A DNA stretch of 62,047 nt, filler included, from 3 parts of 3 records of this genome joined end to end with filler, not necessarily neighbours in it, one strand, 5' to 3'. Shown: positions 35,164-46,196, counted from the first letter of the whole stretch. Program-made: numbers and translations. Notes: generated from the letters alone by a model not told the origin.

Positions 35164-37410
35164 ATGCATAAATCATTTTCGGTATACAGAATATTTGTGT
35201 TTCTTTTTTTCTGCACATTATTTTCGGTTAAATTATATTCGCAGCAGATAAAAGATACGGTTGAAACTATAAAACAGTTACAACTTACTGCTACAAAAGA
35301 ACTTCACCAAGAAAATTTTATTGAAGCTGTTGAAAATTTAAATGATGCCAACAAACTGGCGATGTTTCCCAAATACAGAGACTACAAAGCTGATATAGCG
35401 CTAAGTATTGCAGAGTTGTACTACAATCTGGAATATTTTAACAAAGCAAATGAGCAAATTAGAAACGCAATAAATAACGCCATAGATTTTGGAGATGATC
35501 AAAAACTGGCGAAAATTTACAATCGCTATGGTATCATCCTTATTTCGACTGGAGCATATAGTGAATCAGAAATTTATCTTGCAAAAGCAGATTCACTTTA
35601 CAAAAAAAACAATGATATAGCCAGTAGTGTAAATACCACTTACGGAGAAGGACTGCTAGCATTAAGACTAGGTGATTATCAAAATGCTATTTCAAAATTT
35701 AAATCTGCAGCAAAAAGATATAAGGAACAAGGACTTCATTATTATGAAGCTTCATCGTACAGTCATCTTGCTGATGCGCTTTCATTAATAAACCCTACAT
35801 ATTACTTAAATGCATTTGAAGAAGCGAAAGAAAATTTAGATTTAGTCTCAGAAATTGCTATTCCAGAAGGGTTTTCAAGACTTTTGGTTGAAAACCATCG
35901 TATAAATTCACAAATTTTAGTAGGGCAAAAAGAAAGCGAATTTGCCGAAAAAGAACTAAAATTTTATTTGCATCAAAAAGATTCTTTAAAACAAGTTTAC
36001 CTAAAAGCAATAGAACGCGGTATTCAAGCAGAATCAGCAATTGGAGACTTAAAAGAAACTATTGCTAATCAAAAAAATGATTTAAGTAAAAAAGATAAAA
36101 CCCTTTTCTTTGGAAAACTTACAGCTTGGTTAAGTATTGCCTTAATATTAATACTTTCATTATTAACGCTTTCATTATATAAGAACAACAACCTTAGAGC
36201 AAAAGCAAATGAACTTTTGCAGGACAAAAATTCAGAGTTACAAGAAGCGAAGGAAAAGGCTGAAAAAGCTTCACAAGCAAAGGCACAATTTCTTTCAACC
36301 ATAACCCATGAGTTACGCACACCCATGTATACTGTAACAGGTTTAACCCATTTACTTTTAGAGGAAGGTCCAAAACCAGACCAAAGGGATCACTTAAATT
36401 CACTTAAGTTTTCTGGCGAATATTTACTCTCGCTTATTAACAATATCTTAGACCTTAACAAACTTGAAGCAAACAAAGTAGAGTTAGAAAAAGTACCTTT
36501 TCAACTGAAAAAAAGAATTGATGGAGTTCTTATTGCACTTAACAAATCTGCCGAAAACAAAGGCAATAACATTATATATGAATATGATGAAGCGCTACCT
36601 TATGAGGTAATTGGCGATTCATTAAAAATATCTCAAATACTAATCAACCTTATAAGTAATTCCATAAAATTTACTGAAAATGGCACAATTTGGGTACGTA
36701 TAAAGAAACTGGAAAAAAAGAAGAAAAAAGTTATTGTACGGTTTGAAGTTGAAGATACTGGAGATGGAATTTCAAAGAAAAAACAACATACTATTTTTGA
36801 ATCTTTTTCTCAAGGCTCTCTTCAAATAAATCGAAAATATGGTGGAACTGGGCTTGGGCTTTCAATTGTTAAAAACCTATTGGAACTTATGGGAAGCAAA
36901 ATATTCTTAGAAAGCAGATTAGGCGAAGGCTCGAAGTTTTGGTTTAATATTACTTATGACGTTTCTGAGATTGAAAGTGAAGCTGCTGAACACGCTAAAA
37001 AAGAAGGCGGTATTGAAAATACTATTTTTGAAGGCAAATCGGTAATGATTGTGGAAGATAACAAGATCAACCAAATGATTACAAAAAAAATTCTAGAAAA
37101 AAAGAAGATGATTTGTACTGTTGTAGATAATGGCACAGAAGCAGTAAAACAAGCCACGGAAAAAGCATTTGATGTTATTTTAATGGATATCCACATGCCA
37201 GGAATAAGTGGTGTTGAAGCCACAAAAAGAATTCGAGAATTTAATCAAACCGTTCCTGTTATTGCCCTAACAGCTATAACTATTGAAGAAAATCTAGAGG
37301 ATTTTTATAATGCAGGGTTTAATGAGTTTATTCCAAAACCTTTTAACGCAGATGATTTTTTTGAAAAAATAAATAGAGTGCTTCGAAATAATGAATTTTT
37401 AATGATGTAG
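35164..37410 (+). CDS. Hybrid sensor histidine kinase/response regulator with a periplasmic TPR-like region
   Basis: Signal peptide, helical repeats, TM helix, THELRTP H-box, N/G boxes (DTGDG, GGTGLGL), receiver DIHMP...KP. Confidence 0.92.
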   Translation: MHKSFSVYRIFVFLFFCTLFSVKLYSQQIKDTVETIKQLQLTATKELHQENFIEAVENLNDANKLAMFPKYRDYKADIALSIAELYYNLEYFNKANEQIRNAINNAIDFGDDQKLAKIYNRYGIILISTGAYSESEIYLAKADSLYKKNNDIASSVNTTYGEGLLALRLGDYQNAISKFKSAAKRYKEQGLHYYEASSYSHLADALSLINPTYYLNAFEEAKENLDLVSEIAIPEGFSRLLVENHRINSQILVGQKESEFAEKELKFYLHQKDSLKQVYLKAIERGIQAESAIGDLKETIANQKNDLSKKDKTLFFGKLTAWLSIALILILSLLTLSLYKNNNLRAKANELLQDKNSELQEAKEKAEKASQAKAQFLSTITHELRTPMYTVTGLTHLLLEEGPKPDQRDHLNSLKFSGEYLLSLINNILDLNKLEANKVELEKVPFQLKKRIDGVLIALNKSAENKGNNIIYEYDEALPYEVIGDSLKISQILINLISNSIKFTENGTIWVRIKKLEKKKKKVIVRFEVEDTGDGISKKKQHTIFESFSQGSLQINRKYGGTGLGLSIVKNLLELMGSKIFLESRLGEGSKFWFNITYDVSEIESEAAEHAKKEGGIENTIFEGKSVMIVEDNKINQMITKKILEKKKMICTVVDNGTEAVKQATEKAFDVILMDIHMPGISGVEATKRIREFNQTVPVIALTAITIEENLEDFYNAGFNEFIPKPFNADDFFEKINRVLRNNEFLMM

Positions 37411-38412
37411 TTAGCTATTTATATTCTCTTCCACAGCAATTTTAAAATTAGCCTCTTCTCCATTTAAAATCACCGTTTTTATTGGCAAAAAATAGATTTC
37501 ATTGGTTGCAGAAATGCCTTGCAAACGCATAAAATCTTTTTCGGTAGTAAGTATTAAAGAATGCTTTTTTAAATCTTCAATTTCGGCGACAGTAAAATTA
37601 TGATGGTCTGGAAATGATTTTTCTTCAAAACTTAATCCTTTAGTTTTTAAAAAATTAACCAAGGGTTTTGGATTGGCAATTCCAGTAACTAATAGAAAAT
37701 TTTTGCTTTTCAAATACTCTAAAGGTTTGGACTCATTTTCATTTTTTATTTCTGAATCATATCCAATTTTAGAAAAAAACAGAGACTGATAGGGTTTAAG
37801 TTTCAGCTTCTTTTTTATGGCTTCAAGCGTAGAACTATCAGTATATTGAGGACATTTTGTTACAACAACTATATTTGCTCGCTTCGCACCAAATTTTGGT
37901 TCGCGAAGATTTCCTGCAGGAAGCAAACAATCATTGCTATATAAATTATAAAACGGGGTGAGCAAAATATTTAGTGATGGCTCAACTTTTCTATGCTGAA
38001 ACGCATCATCTAGCAGAACTACAGTAGCTACTTTTTCAAGCTTTTCAATACCCGTTTGGCGGTCTTCACACACAGCTACAGTAATTTCAGGAAATTTCTT
38101 TTTGAATTGAAGTGGCTCATCACCTACTTCTTCAACAGTGCTTTCTACCAAAACCTCTCGATAGCCGCTTGTTTTTCGTTTATAACCGCGACTTAAAACT
38201 GCAATTTTATAATTATCCTTCAAAAAAGACACAAGAAGCTCAACCATAGGTGATTTTCCAGTGCCACCTGTAGAAAGATTTCCTACGCAAATAACTGGGA
38301 AATTATACCGCTTACTTTTTAACCAACCTATATCGAAAAATAAATTGCGAAGCGCAGTTATACCGCCATACACCAATGCAAAAGGGAAAAGTAATTTTCG
38401 AAAGAATTTCAT
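37411..38412 (-). CDS. lpxK: Tetraacyldisaccharide 4'-kinase
   Basis: VGNLSTGGTGKSP, LSRGYKR, GDEP, LDDAFQH, FPDHH, TTEKD. Confidence 0.96.
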   Translation of the reverse strand: MKFFRKLLFPFALVYGGITALRNLFFDIGWLKSKRYNFPVICVGNLSTGGTGKSPMVELLVSFLKDNYKIAVLSRGYKRKTSGYREVLVESTVEEVGDEPLQFKKKFPEITVAVCEDRQTGIEKLEKVATVVLLDDAFQHRKVEPSLNILLTPFYNLYSNDCLLPAGNLREPKFGAKRANIVVVTKCPQYTDSSTLEAIKKKLKLKPYQSLFFSKIGYDSEIKNENESKPLEYLKSKNFLLVTGIANPKPLVNFLKTKGLSFEEKSFPDHHNFTVAEIEDLKKHSLILTTEKDFMRLQGISATNEIYFLPIKTVILNGEEANFKIAVEENINS

Positions 38413-38515
38413 TTAACGAAAGTACTAATTCCTTAGAAAACTAGAATACTTTAAAATGGATTTAGAAAACCTAAAAAAATTCTACAAACTGTTATCTTTA
38501 CGAAAAATGTATAAA

Positions 38516-39610
38516 ATGAAGGTAAAAGAAGTCATCGCAATACTCGAAGAATTGTCACCTCTCCACTACTCAGAAGGTTTTGACAATACAGGATTGCTGG
38601 TTGGAGACACAAATGCAACTGTTACCGGCATACTGGTAACGCTGGATACTTTGGAAGCTGTAGTAGATGAAGCAATTGAAAATGGCTGCAATGTAATTGT
38701 AAGTTTTCACCCTATTATTTTTTCGGGTTTGAAAAAGATTACTGGAAAAACGTATGTAGAGCGTGTAGTTTTAAAAGCAATAAAAAATGACATCGCCATA
38801 TTTTCAAACCATACTGCGCTCGATAATTCTTGGAATGGTGTAAATGCTATGATTTGTGAAAAACTAGGCTTAAAAAATAGAAGCGTACTCATTCCGCAGA
38901 GCGAAACCATTAAAAAACTAATAACGTTTGTACCGAAAGACGATGCAGAAAAAGTTAGAAATGCACTTTTTGCAGTTGGCGGTGGAACTATTGGGAATTA
39001 TGAAAATTGTAGTTTTAATATTGAAGGAAAAGGAAGTTTTAAACCCACAAATGCTGCAAACCCGACAATTGGAAAAAAAGGTGAAATTCATTTTGAAGAA
39101 GAAATACAACTAGGAATTACCTTTTCAAAACATATTCAAAATACTATTTTGAAAACCTTATTTGAAACACATCCTTACGAAGAAGTTGCCTATGAAATAA
39201 CCACACTTGAAAACCAAAACCAACATATAGGTATGGGAATGGTAGGCGAATTTGAAAAACCTATGGAAGAAAAGGAGTTTTTAACTTTCTTGAAAAAGAC
39301 GATGAAAACCGATTGCGTACGGCATTCTAAACTACTTAAAACAAACATTAAAAAAGTTGCAGTGCTCGGCGGAAGTGGAAGTTTTGCCATCGACGCAGCA
39401 AAAAATGCTGGCGCAGATGCTTTTATTTCGGCAGATTTTAAATATCATGATTTCTTTAAGGCTGAAAACACAGTACTTTTGGCAGATATTGGGCATTATG
39501 AAAGTGAACAATACACAAAAGAGCTTTTACATTCTTTCCTTAAGAAAAAAATCACTAATTTTGCAGTCCTTTTATCACAAACAAATACCAATCCTATTAG
39601 CTATTTATAA
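38516..39610 (+). CDS. Nif3/YbgI-family dinuclear metal-centre protein with a PII-like insert (ORF track start 38456)
   Basis: DNTGLLVG, FHPIIF, HTALD, HPYEEVAY, GHYESE. Confidence 0.92.
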   Translation: MKVKEVIAILEELSPLHYSEGFDNTGLLVGDTNATVTGILVTLDTLEAVVDEAIENGCNVIVSFHPIIFSGLKKITGKTYVERVVLKAIKNDIAIFSNHTALDNSWNGVNAMICEKLGLKNRSVLIPQSETIKKLITFVPKDDAEKVRNALFAVGGGTIGNYENCSFNIEGKGSFKPTNAANPTIGKKGEIHFEEEIQLGITFSKHIQNTILKTLFETHPYEEVAYEITTLENQNQHIGMGMVGEFEKPMEEKEFLTFLKKTMKTDCVRHSKLLKTNIKKVAVLGGSGSFAIDAAKNAGADAFISADFKYHDFFKAENTVLLADIGHYESEQYTKELLHSFLKKKITNFAVLLSQTNTNPISYL

Positions 39611-39613
39611 TTT

Positions 39614-40396
39614 ATGGCAACAAAAACCGAAGTTACTGTTGAAGAGAAGTTAAGAGCACTTTACGACCTACAACTTATAGATTCAAGAATTGATGAAATT
39701 AGAAGCGTTCGTGGCGAACTTCCATTGGAAGTTGAAGATCTTGAAGACGAGGTTGCAGGAATGAACACTCGTTTGGAAAAACTTAAAGCCGATCTTGAAG
39801 TAATTGAAGATCAAATCAAGGAAAAAAAGAACAATATTGAAGAGTCTAAAACTTTAATAAAAAAGTATTCGACACAACAAGATAATGTTCGTAATAACCG
39901 TGAATACAACTCTTTGAGTAAAGAAGTAGAGTTTCAAGAATTAGAAATTCAACTTGCTGAAAAAAACATCAAGGAATTCCGCGCACAAATAGAGCAGAAA
40001 AATCAAGTTATTGAAGAAACTTCAGCTCGTTTTGACCAACGTTCTGAGCATTTAAAGCATAAGCAAAGTGAGCTTGATGAAATTTTAAAAGAAACCGAAA
40101 AAGAAGAGAAAACACTCATCAAAGAATCGGAAAGTTTTGAAACTCAAATTGAGCCACGTCTTATTAAAGCATATAAAAGAATACGCACCAATGTAAAAAA
40201 TGGTTTAGCAGTTGTAGCTGTTGAGCGTGGCGCATCTGGTGGATCTTTCTTTACTATCCCACCACAAGTTCAAATGGAGATTGCTGGTCGTAAAAAAATT
40301 ATTACTGACGAGCATAGTGGGCGTATTTTGGTAGATCCAGATCTAGCAAATGAGGAAAAAGAAAAAATGGAAGCAATGTTTGCAAAACTTAAGTAA
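39614..40396 (+). CDS. Coiled-coil protein of the C4 zinc-ribbon (zf-RING_7/DUF164-like) family, Cys-less variant
   Basis: LYDLQLIDS, long coiled coil, YKRIR...GLAVV..ERGASGGSFFTIPPQ...ITDEHSGRIL; usual neighbour of Nif3. Confidence 0.85.
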   Translation: MATKTEVTVEEKLRALYDLQLIDSRIDEIRSVRGELPLEVEDLEDEVAGMNTRLEKLKADLEVIEDQIKEKKNNIEESKTLIKKYSTQQDNVRNNREYNSLSKEVEFQELEIQLAEKNIKEFRAQIEQKNQVIEETSARFDQRSEHLKHKQSELDEILKETEKEEKTLIKESESFETQIEPRLIKAYKRIRTNVKNGLAVVAVERGASGGSFFTIPPQVQMEIAGRKKIITDEHSGRILVDPDLANEEKEKMEAMFAKLK

Positions 40397-40417
40397 GCAT
40401 CTACAAATTTTTATAAC

Positions 40418-40448
40418 AAAGCCTTCACATAATATGAAGGCTTTTTTT
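40418..40448 (+). terminator. Intrinsic terminator
   Basis: AAAGCCTTCA-CATAATA-TGAAGGCTTTTTTT. Confidence 0.8.
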
Positions 40449-40505
40449 GTACATTAACTGCAAGGTTTTTGGTTAAAAACAGACCTATTTATAAAACGAT
40501 TCAAA

Positions 40506-41177
40506 ATGAAAAAATTTTCAATAATACTATTAAGTATCTTTCTGTTTTCACTACATGGAGCTTGTAAACCTTCTAACGATAGTAATAAAACTGCTGAAGA
40601 AATTGCTCAAAAAGAACAAAACCCAGTTCAAATGAAACCGGTAAACGGCATGAAAACAGCGTATTTTGCAAGTGGTTGTTTTTGGTGTGTAGAAGCTGTT
40701 TATGAAAGCGTAGCTGGAGTAAAAGAAGCCATTTCTGGTTATAGCGGCGGGAAACTACAAAACCCAAGTTATAAAAATCACGGAGATCATGCCGAAGCTG
40801 TAGAAGTTATATACGACCCAGCGCTAGTTAGTTTTAGTCAGTTAGTAGATGTATATTTTGGATCACAAAACATAACACAAATTAATGGACAGGGACCAGA
40901 CCGTGGCACTTCATACCGTTCTATTGTTTTTTATCAAAATGAAGAGGAAAAACGAATTATTGATGAAAAGGTTGAGAAGCTAAATAAAAAATTAGATGGA
41001 GATAAAGTTGCCGCTCAAATTTTACCATTCCAAAAATTTTGGGATGCAGAAAATTATCATCAAAATTATGAAAAGAATAATCCAGACAACCCATATATTC
41101 AGAATGTTTCAATTCCAAGACTGAATCGATTTAAAGAAAAATTTCCAGAATTACTCAAAAAATCTGAAACGCATTAA
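40506..41177 (+). CDS. msrA: Peptide methionine sulfoxide reductase A, exported (probable lipoprotein)
   Basis: GCFWCVE, GYSGG, HAEAV, QGPDRGTSYRS, AENYHQNY; N-terminal signal ending in Cys. Confidence 0.93.
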   Translation: MKKFSIILLSIFLFSLHGACKPSNDSNKTAEEIAQKEQNPVQMKPVNGMKTAYFASGCFWCVEAVYESVAGVKEAISGYSGGKLQNPSYKNHGDHAEAVEVIYDPALVSFSQLVDVYFGSQNITQINGQGPDRGTSYRSIVFYQNEEEKRIIDEKVEKLNKKLDGDKVAAQILPFQKFWDAENYHQNYEKNNPDNPYIQNVSIPRLNRFKEKFPELLKKSETH

Positions 41178-41219
41178 TTAAATCCATACCAAAACTAAGT
41201 CTAGCAAATTTTATGTTTG

Positions 41220-42020
41220 TTAGACTTTTTTTAGTGCTTTTATTTCAAAAATTAAAGGATACATTTTAGTTTTAAGTTCGAACATCTCTTCACTATTTTT
41301 TTCCAAATTAGGAAAAATATTATACGGTGAGGCATCGTGTTCATTTAAATATTCAATAGTAAGCCCAGCATCACAAAGGGAAGTAATTACCTCTCCCAAA
41401 CTATGATTCCAGCCATATTCCTTACTTATTATTTTTGAATCTGGATTGGCATATGTGCCTTCATATTCTTCATAAACCGCTTCTTGTTGGTGGTATCCAT
41501 ATTTCATAATTGGTGGCGAAACTGTATAATCAAACATCCACGCTATTGGGTGGAATTCAACTATATATAAAAAGCCCCCTGGTTTTAATCGTTCCGAAAT
41601 CATCTTTGCCCAAGGTTTTAAATCTGGCAACCAGCCAATGGTTCCGTAACTGGTAAAAACAATATCAAATTTTTCGGAAATATGCTTTGAAGTATCCAAC
41701 ACATTGCAACAAACAAATTGTGCATCTTGCTCAAGTTCGGTATTTAAGTTTTTTGCTAAATTAATCGCTACATCAGAAATATCTACACCTGTACATTTTG
41801 CGCCCATCCGACTCAAGCTTAAAGTATCTTGCCCAAAATGACATTGTAGATGAAGTATCTTTTTTTCTGAAACTGGCTTTAATGCTTTTAATTCATATTT
41901 GTTTAGAGAACTTTTTCCTTTTTTAAAATCTTTCAAATTATAAAAATCACTACTCGCATGAATAGCAACTTTATTGTTCCATGTGTTCCTATTTGTTTCA
42001 AATGCTTTTTGAATATCCAT
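41220..42020 (-). CDS. Class I SAM-dependent methyltransferase
   Basis: LHLQCHFGQD, GVDIS, FDIVFTSYG, LKPGG...EFHP. Confidence 0.88.
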   Translation of the reverse strand: MDIQKAFETNRNTWNNKVAIHASSDFYNLKDFKKGKSSLNKYELKALKPVSEKKILHLQCHFGQDTLSLSRMGAKCTGVDISDVAINLAKNLNTELEQDAQFVCCNVLDTSKHISEKFDIVFTSYGTIGWLPDLKPWAKMISERLKPGGFLYIVEFHPIAWMFDYTVSPPIMKYGYHQQEAVYEEYEGTYANPDSKIISKEYGWNHSLGEVITSLCDAGLTIEYLNEHDASPYNIFPNLEKNSEEMFELKTKMYPLIFEIKALKKV

Positions 42021-42255
42021 GTCTAAGTTTTAATTTTTTTAAATATATAAGTAAGTGGAATTAACGACTATTTTTAGTTTAATCTAAAATTTTAATTACC
42101 TACAGCTTAAAACACTGGATTAAGAAAAATTTACCTTTATCCCCTATAGGCATTACATGTTACAAATTATAAAGAGAAGGTTTCAATTATAAAAATATAA
42201 GAAAAATAATTAAGCAACAACATTAAAAATAATTACTTGAAGAATATTCTTACGG

Positions 42256-42531
42256 TTATTTCGAATAAATAAGAGACTTCCATTCGGGATTTTTTGCAAT
42301 AAACTTTTTAGTGAAAGGGCATTTAGGAACAATTTTTAAACCTCTTTGCTTTATTTCCATCAAGACCTTTTCTGTCAATTCACTAGCTACACCCATTCCA
42401 GAAAGTTCTTTATCCACAATAGTATGATTTAGTGAATAATATTCTGGCGCAATCGAATATTCAATATAAGCCTCATGGGCGTCAATAATTGCAACAAACC
42501 TGTTTTTTTCTTTGTTTTCTGTAATTTCCAT
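42256..42531 (-). CDS. Small GNAT-family protein (YjdJ-like)
   Basis: HTIVD..LSGMGVA and IVPKCPF motifs. Confidence 0.85.
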   Translation of the reverse strand: MEITENKEKNRFVAIIDAHEAYIEYSIAPEYYSLNHTIVDKELSGMGVASELTEKVLMEIKQRGLKIVPKCPFTKKFIAKNPEWKSLIYSK

Positions 42532-42609
42532 AGAACTATTTTTTTAAAAGTTCAAAAAAGAACTAACCCAAAAGTATTCATTATTTTTACTTAAAATATA
42601 AAAGAACAA

Positions 42610-43320
42610 ATGAAAATCAACTTCTTCCTACTTTTAGTTTTAATCAGTACCATAAGCTGTCAAGACAATAAAACTTCTAAAAAACTTATAACTGAAGAAA
42701 ATATATTAAAAATTGATTCTCTAGAAAATTTAAATCTTGCGCATAAAATTTCAAATGCAAATGGTTATGAAAATTGGAAAAATGTTTCAGAAATAGCTTT
42801 TACATTTAATGTGAATCGTGGTGAAAACCATTTTGAACGTTCTTGGATTTGGAAACCTAAAAGTGGAAATGTAGCTATGATTTCTTCGGAAGACACCATT
42901 AAGTACAACCGTTCGCAAATGGACAGTTTGCTTTTAAAAACCGATGCTGCATTTATTAATGATTCCTATTGGCTCTTAGCGCCCTTTCAAATTGCTTGGG
43001 ATAAAAGTGTTTCTTTTAAAGAAAAAGAACAACGAATCGCTCCAATTTCAAAAGATACTTTAAATCAATTAACAATTGTTTATGGAAATAATGGCGGCTA
43101 CACGCCTGGGGATGCATATGATTTATTTTATGATGAAAATTTCAAAATTAAAGAATGGATTTTTAGAAAAGGAAACACTGAAACGCCATCAATGATAACT
43201 ACTTGGGAAGATTATGAAAATTTCAATGGTATTGAAATAGCAAAAACGCATAAGGACAGCACTGGTAATTTTAAGTTGTATTTCACAAATATTACAGTGA
43301 AAAAAGAGTCTGAAAATTAA
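42610..43320 (+). CDS. Hypothetical lipoprotein
   Basis: Lipobox TISC; conserved-looking FINDSYWLLAPF and GGYTPGDAY. Confidence 0.75.
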   Translation: MKINFFLLLVLISTISCQDNKTSKKLITEENILKIDSLENLNLAHKISNANGYENWKNVSEIAFTFNVNRGENHFERSWIWKPKSGNVAMISSEDTIKYNRSQMDSLLLKTDAAFINDSYWLLAPFQIAWDKSVSFKEKEQRIAPISKDTLNQLTIVYGNNGGYTPGDAYDLFYDENFKIKEWIFRKGNTETPSMITTWEDYENFNGIEIAKTHKDSTGNFKLYFTNITVKKESEN

Positions 43321-43375
43321 TTCTTTTCTTTAAAATAGATCTTTAAACAGCTTAATCTAAACAGATATTAATTCC

Positions 43376-43383
43376 TATTTTTG
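43376..43383 (+). promoter_or_regulatory. Candidate -7 promoter element TATTTTTG for the kynurenine operon
   Basis: TAnnTTTG 30 nt before the kynU ATG. Confidence 0.45.
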
Positions 43384-43413
43384 TAAGAATTCGAAAAATA
43401 ACAACTTACCTCC

Positions 43414-44676
43414 ATGTTCCAAAACAATATAGAATATGCCAAAAAGCAGGATGCTGACGACAAATTAGCGCCTTTTAGAAATAAATTTCACATCCCGAAA
43501 AGTGCAACAGGCGAAGAATTAATTTATCTCTGCGGAAATTCACTTGGCTTGCAACCCAAAATTACTTCAGATTATATAAAAGATGAACTTATAGACTGGG
43601 CAAATCTTGGCGTAGAAGGACATACCGAAGGGAAGCATCCTTGGCTTCCTTACCATGAATTTTTAACCGAAAATATGGCGAAAATTGTGGGAGCAAAAGC
43701 TTCGGAAGTTGTTGTAATGAACACGCTTACAACCAACCTTCATTTAATGATGGTTTCGTTTTACCAACCTACAAAAACAAAATATAAAATTGTTGTAGAA
43801 AGTGATGCTTTTCCCAGTGATAAATACGCGGTTGAAAGTCAATTAAAATTTCATGGAATCGACCCAAAAGAAGGTTTAATTCTTTGGAAACCTAGAAAAG
43901 GTGAGGAATTATGCCACTTTGAAGATTTGGAAGAAATAATGAAAAATCACGGAAACGAGATTGCGCTTTTAATGATTGGCAGCACCAATTATTATACAGG
44001 ACAATCTTTTCCACTAAAAAAAATAACAGAGCTCGGCCACAAACATAATTGCCTAGTAGGTTTTGATTTGGCACATGGCGCAGGCAATATTCAACCTAAT
44101 TTGCACGAAACTGGAGCTGATTTTGCTGTTTGGTGTACCTATAAATATTTAAATAGTGGTCCAGGAAGTCTTGGTGGATGCTTTGTACACGAACGCCACG
44201 CTAATAATGAAAAACTAAACCGTTTTGCAGGCTGGTGGGGTCATAATAAAAGCACCCGTTTCAATATGCGTCATGAATTTGACGCACTACCAGGGGCTGA
44301 AGGGTGGCAATTAAGCAATCCACCCATACTCTCAATGGCGGCAATTCGTGCATCTTTAGACACTTTTGCTGAAGCAGGATTCGAAAATATTCGTGACAAA
44401 TCCGTGAAACTTACTGGCTATTTAGAGTTTTTATTAGATGAAATGAAAAACGATGCAATCAATGTAATTACACCAAGAAATCCTGAAGAACGTGGCTGCC
44501 AACTTTCAATACAAGTGAAAAATGCTGATAAAAAATTACATACTAAACTCACCGAAGCTGGTGTAATTAGTGATTGGCGCGAACCAGATGTAATTCGTGT
44601 CGCTCCTGCCCCACTTTATAATAGTTTTGAAGACGTTTTTCATTTTTCAGAAAAGTTGAAAGAAGTTTTAAAATAG
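43414..44676 (+). CDS. kynU: Kynureninase
   Basis: YLCGNSLGLQP, MNTLT.NLH, AFPSD, DLAHGAGN, WCTYKYLNSGPG, GWWGH. Confidence 0.96.
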   Translation: MFQNNIEYAKKQDADDKLAPFRNKFHIPKSATGEELIYLCGNSLGLQPKITSDYIKDELIDWANLGVEGHTEGKHPWLPYHEFLTENMAKIVGAKASEVVVMNTLTTNLHLMMVSFYQPTKTKYKIVVESDAFPSDKYAVESQLKFHGIDPKEGLILWKPRKGEELCHFEDLEEIMKNHGNEIALLMIGSTNYYTGQSFPLKKITELGHKHNCLVGFDLAHGAGNIQPNLHETGADFAVWCTYKYLNSGPGSLGGCFVHERHANNEKLNRFAGWWGHNKSTRFNMRHEFDALPGAEGWQLSNPPILSMAAIRASLDTFAEAGFENIRDKSVKLTGYLEFLLDEMKNDAINVITPRNPEERGCQLSIQVKNADKKLHTKLTEAGVISDWREPDVIRVAPAPLYNSFEDVFHFSEKLKEVLK

Positions 44677-44735
44677 TTTTTTGCTTCGACTATACTTATT
44701 GAAAAAAAAAATCAGAAATAAAATAACAATATATA

Positions 44736-46133
44736 ATGAACAATATTCTAATTATCGGCGCCGGTCTTTGTGGAAGCCTACTCGCACTGCGAATGGCACA
44801 GCGTGGCTACAACGTAACTTTGGTGGAAAAACGTCCTGATTTACGCAAAACCACTCAAGATGCTGGACGTTCCATAAACCTTGCTTTAAGCGATCGCGGA
44901 CTTCGTGGTTTACGTTTGGCAGGAGTTGAAGAAGCTGCAAAAAAGCTTTGCATTCCAATGAATGGGCGGATGATTCACGATAAAGAAGGAAATACTTTTT
45001 TAAGTCCGTATAGCGGGAGAAAGGATGAATACATCAATTCCATTTCACGTCCTGGGCTTAATATGTTGTTGTTGGATGAAGCCGAAAAAATGCCAAATGT
45101 TCAACTTATTTTCAATCACGCTTGTGAAGATGTGGATTTAGAAAATGCTTCCGCAACTTTCATAAACTATATTTCAAATGAAAAAGTAACCTATTCAGCA
45201 GATGTTATTTTTGGAACTGACGGCGCAGGTTCTGCAGTTCGTAAAAATATGTTTGAAAGTCATAAATTCCTCTTTAGTTTTTCTCAGGAATGGCTTAGTC
45301 ACGGCTATAAGGAATTAGAAATTCCCGCAACTGAAAATAACGGATATAGAACCTACAAAAATGCGTTGCACATCTGGCCACGAGGTGAAGATATGCTGAT
45401 TGCGCTTCCTAATCTCGATGGAAGTTTTACGGTTACTTTATTTCTTCCGTATGAAAACAGCGACTATTGTTTCGCAAATTTGACTACTCCAGAAATGGTT
45501 CACGAATATTTCAACAAAGAATTTCCTGATGTTGTTGCAATGATTCCAAACCTTTCCGAAGAGTTTTTCGGAAACCCAACTGGCCCACTCGGCACCGTAA
45601 AATGCGCACCTTGGAATGCCTTCGGAAAAACGCTTCTTTTGGGCGATGCCGCACACGCAATCGTTCCATTTTATGGGCAAGGAATGAATGCTTCCTTTGA
45701 AGATGTGGTGGTTTTTGATGAAATTCTTGAGAAATATGCTTCCGAAGAAAACATCAATTGGAACAAGATTTTCAAGGAATATGAAGCACTTCGGAAAAAA
45801 GATACTGATGCTATTGCAGATTTAGCGGTAGATAATTTCCATGAAATGAAAGAGCATACCGCAATGGAAATTTTTCAGAAAAAACGAAAACTAGAAACAG
45901 CTTTTGAAGCAGAATTTCCTAAAGAATATTACAGCAAATATTCTTTAGTTACCTTTAAGGAATCAATAAGTTATTCAGAAGCATTAAAGCTAGGAAGAGC
46001 ACAAGACAAAGCAATTTTAAACCTTTTGGACGATGATAAATTACCTGAAAAAATGTCCTTAAAAGAAAAGCTGGAATTGGTAAAAAAAGAAACTCAAGCA
46101 ATTCTTCACGATAATGAAGTGGCGTTTGGGTAA
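44736..46133 (+). CDS. kmo: Kynurenine 3-monooxygenase
   Basis: GAGLCG, GRSINLALS.RG, YKELEIP, ALHIWPR, GDAAHAIVPFYGQGMN..FED. Confidence 0.95.
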   Translation: MNNILIIGAGLCGSLLALRMAQRGYNVTLVEKRPDLRKTTQDAGRSINLALSDRGLRGLRLAGVEEAAKKLCIPMNGRMIHDKEGNTFLSPYSGRKDEYINSISRPGLNMLLLDEAEKMPNVQLIFNHACEDVDLENASATFINYISNEKVTYSADVIFGTDGAGSAVRKNMFESHKFLFSFSQEWLSHGYKELEIPATENNGYRTYKNALHIWPRGEDMLIALPNLDGSFTVTLFLPYENSDYCFANLTTPEMVHEYFNKEFPDVVAMIPNLSEEFFGNPTGPLGTVKCAPWNAFGKTLLLGDAAHAIVPFYGQGMNASFEDVVVFDEILEKYASEENINWNKIFKEYEALRKKDTDAIADLAVDNFHEMKEHTAMEIFQKKRKLETAFEAEFPKEYYSKYSLVTFKESISYSEALKLGRAQDKAILNLLDDDKLPEKMSLKEKLELVKKETQAILHDNEVAFG

Positions 46134-46196
46134 TTTTTTCAATACATAAACATCATTTATTGAGCGAATTACGAAGTGACATTATAAAAATAAATT

